From NCBI GenBank assembly GCA_950097015.1, contig CATNEN010000038.1:10664001-10728000 (forward strand): a stretch of DNA of 64,000 nucleotides, given 5' to 3'. Shown here piece after piece: positions 11,501 through 21,400 of the stretch. The notes beneath the pieces are model-generated. The model saw only the letters and a program-made list of their open reading frames with translations. It was not told where the DNA came from and searched no databases. Positions within the stretch are counted from its first letter, which is position 1. Every line of letters starts with the position of its first letter. The DNA comes from Macrostomum hystrix. Taxonomy: Eukaryota; Animalia; Platyhelminthes. Made by a program: the position numbers and the translations under genes.

Positions 11501-13896
11501 TCACTAAATCCCTCAGATATTATCCTTCACTTAATCTCTCCAATAATCTGTCACTTAATCCATTGGATAATCTCTGTCGCTTAATCCATTCGATAATCTC
11601 TGTCACTTAATCCATTGGATAATCTCTGTCACTTAATCCATTCGATAATCTCTGTCGCTTAATCCATTCGATAATCTCTGTCGCTTAATCCATTCGATAA
11701 TCTCTCAGCTAAACGTAAAGATAATCTCTCGATTAGCTTTCAGAAAATCTCTCAGTTAGCTTATCTCTCTGAGAGTCTGTGTCAGTTAATCTATTTTTTT
11801 TAAATGTGATTTTGATTAGTTAAATGAGTTTTCTCACGCTTTGTCTAAGATAATCTCTCAAAAGATCCCACAACGGAGTGTTTGCCTCCGAGAGTCTTTA
11901 GACGCCAAAAATGACCTCTGCCACCCGCCTGTCAATCAAGAGTACTATCCGCACAGCGACTACAAGGTGATGCTGAGCACTGGCCGCGCTGTGACCCTGA
12001 CCTACAACAGGCAGCTGCTGCGCATGAAAAGCACGGCGGACAGGCCGTGCCGGGAGGCTGGCAGTCAGCTCCAGTACCGCGTCTGGAACGGCAGCGGCCT
12101 GCAGTGGCGAAGTTTCGAAGGCCGGCTCGCTGACTGCCGGCTGACGGCAATCATGGACTTTTATGAACGACTGTGCGCCTGCAGACCGCTGGGATATCCC
12201 ATTGTGAGGGCTCTCCTATGAATTAATCCCTAAATCTAGTTTTATTCTGCTCTGTAATCTACTCCAGAAACGAATCCCTAATTTCTTATTCTAATTTACT
12301 AATCAGTTCCTTAATCAACCCTAAAATCCATTCCTTAATCTACTCCATAATCCGTACCTTAATCGGAGTGTAATTTCTGTAAGAGGCTAGCGGACAATGG
12401 CACATCATTTGGTGACACCAGACCCGCAGCCAGCGAGGAGGCAATTCTGCCCATTTCGCTGACTCCTGAGCACACACGCAGACAGATACTGTACGCAGGC
12501 ATACGCTGACACTGGGGTGTGTACATCTGCCCTGACTTTCTCATCGTCAGGCAGTGTACACTTTCACTGTGCCTTGGAGGTTGGCCCTCAAGGGCGTAAA
12601 TTGCACGACAAGCCCCCAAGCCTTCTCTCCGCGGCTGCGCCCCAAATAAATGTGGCCTCGCCGCGGAATCGAGCTCAGGGACCTCTGCAACTCACCCCAC
12701 AATCCACTCCGCTATCGATAATTTGCTGTTATCCGTTCGTTAATCCGCGCCTCCAAATCCACCGCCGAAATCAAACACTGCAGGACCGTCGCCGCGGCGA
12801 GCTGCCATTCTGCCTGGACCGCAGCCGGCCCGGCTACACTCAACGGCTCGCCTGCTATCGCCAGGCCCGCGCCAACTACACAGCCGCCGCTGCAGTCTGG
12901 AGCCCGCGTCTTGGCGACTGCCTGGAGCCCTGCAGCCGCGGCCAACACGCGCTGTCAATCAGCAGCACACTCTGGCCGCTCTCCGGCAATGCCAAGGATC
13001 TGCTGGACACCGAAGCTGTTCCAAAGCTGATGTCGCGCGGTGCTTTCGGCGGCGCCAACTACCTCTCCAAGCTCAGCAGCCTCGTCGGGGATTATCCGCA
13101 ATCGGATCTGTTGCAGAATAGTAGCGGCCTGGAATTCTCCCAACTGGCCGGCATTAAACAGGCGGCGCCGTTAAGATTTAATGCCAATCTGTCCCGCCAG
13201 GTGTGGAGCCAGTACCTCACGGATGTGGTGGCAAGCAACTTTGTGAAACTAACGGTAAGAACTGTCCGCTATAACTGAATCTTGGTGGATACTGGAGAAT
13301 TGGAGCCTGGAGACGACAGGTGGGAGTGAGTAGAGTGACAGGCGAAAGTGAGTAGGGTGACAGGCGGGAGTTAGTATAGTGACAGACAGGAGTGAGTAGA
13401 GTGAGTCAGTAGGGAGTAGAGTGAGTCAGTAGGGAGTAGAGTGAGTCAGTAGGGAGTAGAGTGACAGGCTGGAGTGAGTAGAGTGACAGACGGGAGTGAG
13501 TAGAGTGAGTCAGTAGCGAGTAGAGTGACAGGCTGGAGTGAGTAGAGTGACAGGCGGGAGTGAGTAGAGTGCCAGTCAGGAAGGAGTGAGTAGAGTGACA
13601 GGCGGGAGTGCTTGAGGCAGGGTGAGGGTGATCTTCGCAGCCAGCCCATCCACCATGTCGGGATCATCCGTCAGATTCGGCCAGACGCGAAGCCCGCCAT
13701 GCTGATCTCCGAGGAGTGGAAGTACACCATAGTGAACATCTTCAGCGAGGTAGGCGGCCTACTCGGCCTGTTCCTAGGCTGGTCGGCCATGTCCGCGGTG
13801 GATCTGGCGCACCTGATCTACAGTCTGGTCAGGCTGGCGGCGCTACGCTGGCGCCAGAGAAACAGAAAGCGGCAGGTGTCCACCGAGATCGACTGA
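8600..13896 (+). CDS. DEG/ENaC (amiloride-sensitive sodium channel / ASIC-like) subunit, about 571 aa
   Basis: Exons 8600-8905, 9583-10036, 11941-12203, 12784-13254, 13675-13896, all GT-AG and in phase. TM1 (LRILGLLLAVGLLLLLL), post-TM1 FPSVLVCN, LLDCSFNG, YLNCLHF, Cys-rich thumb (CAC...C...C...CLEPC), TM2 FSEVGGLLGLFLGWSAMSAVDL with GxS filter. AATAAA at 13939. Confidence 0.92.
9085..9165 (-). mobile_element. 3' fragment of SINE family B
   Basis: TTCCGCCCTTTACGAT...AACTTTCAAAGCCGTC...CATCGT matches 36593-36645. Confidence 0.55.
9340..9490 (-). mobile_element. Diverged SINE family A fragment in ENaC intron 1
   Basis: CTCCTGAGCACACAC...GGGGTGTGTACATCTG...CAGTGTACACT...CCTCAAGG...AATTGCAC is colinear with 12460-12610. 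Confidence 0.6.
10040..10732. repeat. 15-bp G-rich minisatellite (GGGATTTGATGGGAT)
   Basis: Begins immediately after the ENaC exon 2 donor. Confidence 0.95.
11385..11780. repeat. 26-bp repeat (TTAATCCATTCGATAATCTCTGTCRC) with degenerate flanks
   Basis: Clean copies at 11555-11705. Confidence 0.8.
12370..12716 (-). mobile_element. tRNA-derived SINE family A, near-full copy in ENaC intron 3
   Basis: Minus strand: A box TAGCGGAGTGG (12714-12704) and B-box-like AGCTCGATTCC (12675-12665). Body is closely similar to the copies at 45750-45962 and 59885-60240. Confidence 0.8.
13315..13610. repeat. About 22-bp repeat (GGGAGTGAGTAGAGTGACAGGC)
   Basis: ENaC intron 4. Confidence 0.9.
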
Positions 13897-14056
13897 CGGA
13901 TCGCATAATCTAGAAATCCTAGAAAATCTTAAATAGAAAATAAAAGCCATTCTAGCTATCAGGTAATTTCATTAGCAAAATAGATACACCCTTTTTAACT
14001 GTGTGAATTAGCAATACAAGTCATTTTCACACACTAATAAGCTATCTGAATTTAAT

Positions 14057-14457
14057 ACTGTCACTCTGCCTTCAATACTGTCACTCTGCCTCTCTTCCTG
14101 TCACTCTGCCTCCCTTCCTGTCACTCTGCCTCTCTTCCTGTCACTCTGCCTTCCTGTCACTCTGCCTCACTTCCTGTCACTCTGCCTTCCTGTCACCCTG
14201 CCTCACTTCCTGTCACTCTGCCTTCCTGTCACCCTGCCTCACTTCCTGTCACTCTTCCTCACTTCGTGTCACTCTGCCTCCCTTCCTGTCACTCTGCCTC
14301 CCTTCCTGTCACTCTGCCTCACTGTCACTCTGCCTCCCTTTCTGTCACTCTGCTTTCCTGTCACTCTGCCTCACTTCCTGTCACTCTGCCTTCCTGTCAC
14401 TCTGCTTTCCTGTCACTCTGCCTCTCTTCCTGTCACTCTGCTTCACTTCCTGTCACA
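14057..14457. repeat. 15/20-bp repeat (CTGTCACTCTGCCTCACTTC)
   Basis: Downstream of the ENaC polyA signal. Confidence 0.9.
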
Positions 14458-15324
14458 TTATCTACCTTCTCGTTAATATATAAATAAAAAACACGAACAG
14501 AGTCAATATATTTTAAGTAGCAAGCGGTCACGCACTCAAAACAAACTGGCCGCAAACAACAGTACTACTCATGTACAATGAGACACAAATACGAATATAT
14601 CTTATTAAATAGATCATTTTGTGCAATTAAACAAAAATAAACGAGCCGATAAAGCAGCAGAAAAAAGGCCAAACAGACTGCGAAAAAATAAATTTACGAC
14701 AATAAAAAACCGCAATTCAAATGGCTCTACTGATAGTAATAGATAAGAGTATTTATAAAAACGGCGATTTCTCAAATCTAATTCGTATCTAATGAAAAAA
14801 CTACGAGCTTGCAAAGGCAAAGAGAACACTTGAATTAAGCATTAAAACCGGGATTGATAATTAACTTATTTTATATTCTGTTCTGAAAATATTTGTCAAA
14901 ATGTCAACACAAAAACTGCTGAAGTTTTAATACACAACATTCTCGAATCAAATATTCAGGCGCAAAAACTAGCAGATAATATCATACTGTAGATGAACAT
15001 CAAGCGAAGTGTACTTTAACAATTTGACAAGGTTAAATTATTAAACACAAAAGCAGACAGTTAAGAAAAAATACAATCATACTCATAGTAGTAAAGCGAT
15101 AGCGATAAAAAATCAGTGAGGGTGGGCATTATAAACTACGAGAATCATCTGTAGTGGATGTTTAATTTAATTTCATGGTTTTTATTTCAACAAATAAACA
15201 ATTATTGTGGAGCTGATTTTGCAAATAAAATAATGATAAATAAAAACTTAGTGGCACTTAAAAGTTATATAATAACTGCTACTTACATTCAAAATGTACT
15301 CAGAAGTGTAAAATACAAGAGACT

Positions 15325-15873
15325 GAAGGGGGAGAGGAGGAAGGGGAGAAAGGGGAGAGGAGGAAGGGGAGAAAGGGGAAAGGAGGAAGGGGAGAAAGGG
15401 GAGAGGAGGAAGGGGAGAAAGGGGAGAAAGCGGAGAGGAGGAAGCGGAGAAAGGGGAGAGGAGGAAGGGGAGAAAGGGGAGAGGGGGAAAGGGAGATAGG
15501 GGAGAGGAGGAAGGGGAGAAAGGGGAAAGGAGGAAGGGGAGAAAGGGGAGAGGAGGAAGGGGAGAAAGGGGAGAGGGGGAAAGGGAGATAGGGGAGAGGA
15601 GGAAGGGGAGAAAGGGAAAAGGAGGAAGGGGAGAAAGGGGAGAGGAGGAAGGGGAGGAAGCGGAGAAAGGGGAGAGGAGGAAGGGGAGAAAGGGGAGAGA
15701 AGGAAGGGGAGAAAGGGGAGAGGAGGAAGGGGAGAAAGGGGAAAGGAGGAAGGGGAGAAAGGGGAGAGGAGGAAGGGGAGAAAAAGGAAAGGAGGAAAGG
15801 AGAAAGGGGAGAGGAGGAAGGGGAGAAAAAGGAAAGGGGGAAGGGAGAAAGGGGAGAGGAGGAAGGGGAGAAA
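15325..15873. repeat. Polypurine repeat (GGAGAAAGGGGAGAGGAGGAAGG)
   Basis: About 550 bp of almost exclusively G and A on the plus strand. Confidence 0.95.
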
Positions 15874-16449
15874 GTGAAGAAAATATAAGTGTATAAGTGA
15901 GAGGGCAGAACGTGAAGGGGGAGGAAGAAGAGTAAAGGAAGCAACGTGCGGAACAAACTACTAGCAGCGATGGCAGGTAAAAGCAATTGTTTTCTTGCAC
16001 AAGTTCATTGGGAAAGCGCTTGAGTAAAAAGTTTTCTTAGATTAATAAAATTTTATGTTAATACAGTTGGATAAACTTGAAATAAAAAATAAAGTATTGT
16101 TATCAATGGCGGAAACAATAATTAGCTAATTATATTGGGGTTTAAGCAGAAAAAATAGTCGGTCAGTTTGACTATAATTTGCAAAGAAGCAAAAATATAG
16201 CAGACCATACAGAAAATCACACAAAGACAATGGTCAAAGGCGATTAAATTTAAAACAAAAATAACAAAAATGATGGCACAGAAACATGAAAAAAGCTTAT
16301 GAAATATGATTTCAGATATGAAAAAACTGTTTTTTTCGGTAAGGAGTATAGTTTGAAATTCAGGTAATCAATTTAGACCAACGAAGCCTGTATTAAATCA
16401 GTGCTAAGCTTAAGTTTGCCTCAATGGTCAGTTGACTAATCCCACATGT

Positions 16450-18370
16450 AGTGTCTAAGGTGTGTGGATTATCAAACCTGAAGTGTCTGAGGTGTGTGGA
16501 TTATCCAACCTGAAGTGTATGAGGTGTGTGGATTATCCAACCTGAAGTGTCTGAGGTGTGTGGATTATCCAACCTGAAGTGTCTGAGGTGTGTGGATTAT
16601 CCAACCTGAAGTGTCTGAGGTGTGTGGATTATCCATCCTGAAGTGTCTGAGGTGTGTGGATTATCCAACCTGAAGTGTCTGAGGTGTGTGGATTATCCAT
16701 CCTGAAGTGTCTGAGGTGTGTGGATTATCCATCCTGAAGTGTCTGAGGTGTGTGGATTATCCATCCTGAAGTGTCTGAGGTGTGTGGATTATCCAACCTG
16801 AAGTGTCTGAGGTGTGTGGATTATCCAACCTGAAGTGTCTGAGGTGTGTGGATTATCCAACCTGAAGTGTCTGAGGTGTGTGGATTATCCAACCTGAAGT
16901 GTCTGAGGTGTGTGGATTATCCATCCTGAAGTGTCTGAGGTGTGTGGATTATCCATCCTGAAGTGTCTGAGGTGTGTGGATTATCCAACCTGAAGTGTCT
17001 GAGGTGTGTGGATTATCCAACCTGAAGTGTCTGAGGTGTGTGGATTATCCAACCTGAAGTGTCTGAGGTGTGTGGATTATCCATCCTGAAGTGTCTGAGG
17101 TGTGTGGATTATCCAACCTGAAGTGTCTGAGGTGTGTGGATTATCCATCCTGAAGTGTCTGAGGTGTGTGGATTATCCAACCTGAAGTGTCTGAGGTGTG
17201 TGGATTATCCATCCTGAAGTGTCTGAGGTGTGTGGATTATCCAACCTGAAGTGTCTGAGGTGTGTGGATTATCCATCCTGAAGTGTCTGAGGTGTGTGGA
17301 TTATCCATCCTGAAGTGTCTGAGGTGTGTGGATTATCCATCCTGAAGTGTCTGAGGTGTGTGGATTATCCAACCTGAAGTGTCTGAGGTGTGTGGATTAT
17401 CCATCCTGAAGTGCCTGAGGTGTGGATTTTCCATCCTGAAGTGTCTGAGGTGTGTGGATTATCCATCCTGAAGTGTCTGAGGTGTGTGGATTATCCATCC
17501 TGAAGTGTCTGAGGTGTGTGGATTATCCAACCTGAAGTGTCTGAGGTGTGTGGATTATCCATCCTGAAGTGTCTGAGGTGTGTGGATTATCCATCCTGAA
17601 GTGCCTGAGGTGTGGATTTTCCATCCTGAAGTGTCTGAGGTGTGTGGATTATCCATCCTGAAGTGTCTGAGGTGTGTGGATTATCCATCCTGAAGTGCCT
17701 GAGGTGTGGATTATCCATCCTGAAGTGTCTGAGGTGTGTGGATTTTCCATCCTGAAGTGTCTGAGGTGTGGATTTTCCATCCTGAAGTGTCTGAGGTGTG
17801 GATTATCCAACCTGAAGTGTCTGAGGTGTGTGGATTATCCATCCTGAAGTGTCTGAGGTGTGTGGATTATCCATCCTGAAGTGTCTGAGGTGTGTGGATT
17901 TTCCATCCTGAAGTGTCTGAGGTGTGTGGATTATCCATCCTGAAGTGTCTGAGGTGTGTGGATTATCCATCCTGAAGTGTCTGAGGTGTGTGGATTATCC
18001 ATCCTGAAGTGTCTGAGGTGTGTGGATTATCCATCCTGAAGTGTCTGAGGTGTGTGGATTTTCCATCCTGAAGTGTCTGAGGTGTGTGGATTATCCATCC
18101 TGAAGTGTCTGAGGTGTGTGGATTATCCATCCTGAAGTGTCTGAGGTGTGTGGATTTTCCATCCTGAAGTGTCTGAGGTGTGTGGATTATCCATCCTGAA
18201 GTGTCTGAGGTGTGTGGATTATCCATCCTGAAGTGCCTGAGGTGTGTGGATTATCCATCCTGAAGTGTCTGAGGTGTGTGGATTATCCATCCTGAAGTGC
18301 CTGAGGTGTGGATTTTCCATCCTGAAGTGTCTGAGGTGTGGATTATCCAACCTGAAGTGTCTGAGGTGTG
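16450..18370. repeat. 32-bp minisatellite (CCTGAAGTGTCTGAGGTGTGTGGATTATCCAW), about 60 copies
   Basis: Period 32 with 30-bp variants; lies just 3' of the HR96 stop codon. Confidence 0.97.
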
Positions 18371-18483
18371 TCTGCAGCCTGAGGGATCTGTGAAATACGG
18401 ACACAAACGGTGATCTTTAATGCAGCATGATACTTTAGAAATGGAGCAGCAGCCTAAAATAGTTGCAAATAAAGTGGGGGAGG

Positions 18484-21400
18484 TCAGAGGTTCCAATGCG
18501 GAGTGGCCGGTTCGCATTTCAAATTCGGAGGGACATCGCCAGACCCGGAGGTTTCCACATCTGACCGATGGACCTCCGCTTGGCTTTGCTGCTGCCGCTG
18601 CTGCTGCTGCCGTTGCTGATGCAGTTCAAACACCTCAATCAGCAGGGGATTCAGTTCCTCGTATCTGAATCCGACAATGTGGCAGAGCTGGCTGAACTCA
18701 GATGCCAGTATCTCTAGTTCGGACAGTCGGTTCATCAGGTCGAAGTAGACGCCCCTGGCTAGGTGCTGGGGGAAGCTGTGCTGCACGTAGCGCCACAGCA
18801 GCAGGATGTAGCCCTGCTGCACCCGGTCCACGCGGTGCATGTTGGCCAAGTTGGGCCTGGCCGGATTATAGAACTCAATCAGCTGCAGCAGCGTCAGGGC
18901 CAGCTGATCGCCGCGACTAACGTGGTGATAGTCGGTCATGAAGCGCTTGTAACGGCTTAGCAACTGCTCACCGTTGGGATAGACACTCAGAGACTGTGCC
19001 AGGCAGGCCAGGGACAGGGTGTGGTGACCGCCGAGCCTGTTGGACTCGAAGCTGAACGTGTTGTCAGCCGGATTGTAGATTGACACGCCGCGCATCAGAA
19101 TGAAGTGAAACACGCCGCCCTGGCCAAGGCAAGGATTTCGGATTACCAGTGGATTATTTAACTGGATTAGTGGACTATTAACCGAGTTACCGATAGATTT
19201 TCTGACGGGGTAATATGTGGAATTAGAAGTGGATTATTGGTGGATTATCGGACTGGATTTTAAAGTGGTTTTTAAAAAGGGTTATTAGCGGATTATGTAA
19301 CTGGATTATACAGTGGCTATAAAAACAGTGGATTATCGGACTGGATTTACATTGGCTTTTAGTTTCAGTGGATTATCGGACTGGATTTACATTGGCTTTT
19401 AATCTCAGTGGATTATCGGACTGGATTTACATTGGCTTTTAATTTCAGTGGATTATCGGACTGGATTTACATTGGCTTTTAATTTCAGTGGATTATCGGA
19501 CTGGATTTACAAAAAATCATAATCGCTCTCACCTTGATGAGGTTGACCATGTCGGGCTGGTCAATCAGGCTGTACTCCGGCAGTCGCTTGATGAACAGCA
19601 CAAACCGCTGCACAAACGACAGCGTGATTGCGAAGGGCGCCTCCAGCGTCACCGGCGCATTGGCTGTGGACTGGATTTCAGTGGAATCCTGCGAATCCAC
19701 ATTGTTCATGACTTCGTCTAGGGCGCAGCGGATGACGCCGATGATGGCGGCGCTGGCTGGCGACAATGGCCTGCCGCCGGTCCAGCGCGGTACTTCGGGC
19801 TCCGGCTCGTTCTCGCACATGAAGGCCAGCACGCTGGGCCGCTCGACGGTGTCTAAGGATGATGGCGGCGGCGGCGGCGGATGCGGTGGCAGCGGCGAAA
19901 TCGGGCTGATGCTGGGGAAAAACGATTGACGAGAATGCGGCTCCAACTGAGGCGTCGATGGATTCGGCGGCGGAGGCGGGGGAGGCGGCGGCGGCGGCGC
20001 TTGCTGAGCATGGAAGTTCCTGCTGACGCCCCCGACGCCACTACCATTAGCGAAGCAGTTGAGGCTGCTCTCCAGCTTCAATATTGGCAGCTGCATTGAC
20101 ATCTGCTGCTGCTGAATGGGGGGCGTCAGGCTCTGCGCCGGACTGGGACACGGCGGCGCTTGGGTGGGCGTCACCCCGACGCGCGTTTCCCGATTGCAGC
20201 GGGTCTTCTCGCGACGCTGCTGCAGCTCGGATTCGTCTTTCGAGCGAGTGAGGGGTGTCAGGGGTTGATGTGTTGATGACAAGGGATGTCAAATTGTCAA
20301 GTATCGAGTTATTGGGTTGTCAGGTGTAAGGCTGTCAGGTGTCGGGTTGTCAGGTGTCGGGTTGTCAGGTGTAGGGCTGTCAGGTGTCGGGTTGTCAGGT
20401 GTAGGGCTGTCAGGTGTCGGGTTGTCAGGTGTAGGGTTGTCAGGTGTCGGGTTGTCAGGTTGTCAGGTGTAGGGTTGTCATGTGTCGGGTTGTCATGTGT
20501 AGGGTGGTCAGGCATCGGGTTTTCAGGTGTAGGGTTGTCAGGTGTCGGGTTGTCAGATAGGGCTGGACTCACTGAGTATCCAGTCCTTCTTCATGCCGAT
20601 TCGGAAGCACTTTTTCAGCCGGCAGGCGGAGCAAAACTTCCTGGTGTTGATGGTCACGTCGCAGGCGCCGGAGAAGTTGCACTTCTGCTCCTAAACGAGC
20701 GAATCATGAACCAGGAAAAGATGGTTGCATCTAGAGCTTCAATTGTATTTAACTTAGACGCCTAAATATGTACGTATATAGACTGCTGACATAATTGATT
20801 ATGTAATCCGAATCTATCTAATTTTCAATTGGAAACAATCTAGGGATTTGAGATCCTTTGAAAGCATATCTAGGGATTTGAGATCCTTTGGAAACAAATC
20901 TAGGGATTCGAGATCCTTTGAAAGCATATCTAGGGATTTGAGATCCTTTGGGAACAAATTTAGGGATTCGAGATCCTTTGAAAGCAAATCAAGGGATTTG
21001 AGATCCTTTGGGGACAAATCTAGGGACTTGAGATCCTTTGGGAAAAATTCTAGGGATTTGAGATCCTTTAGAAACAAATCAAGGAATTTGAGATCCTTTG
21101 GGAACAAATTTAGGGATTCGAGATCCTTTGGGAACAAATTTAGGGATTCGAGATCCTTTGAAAGCAAATCAAGGGATTTGAGATCCTTTGGGAACAAATA
21201 TAGGGATTTGAGATCCTTTGGGAACAAATTTAGGGATTCGAGATCCTTTGAAAGCAAATCAAGGGATTTGAGATCCTTTGGGGACAAATCTAGGGATTTG
21301 AGATCCTTTGGGGAAAAATCTAGGGATTTGAGATCCTTTGAAAGCAAATCAAGGGATTTCATATCATTTGGGAACTAATCAAGAGATTTGAGATTCGAAA

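Noticed and set aside
12517-12783. N-terminal part of the 253-aa ORF as ENaC coding sequence
   Set aside because: It is read-through of an antisense SINE within intron 3. The real exon starts at the CAG acceptor before 12784.
16450-18370. 32-bp array as part of the HR96 3' UTR
   Set aside because: An ATTAAA on the minus strand at 18421-18416 could end the transcript before the array; this cannot be decided without RNA data.
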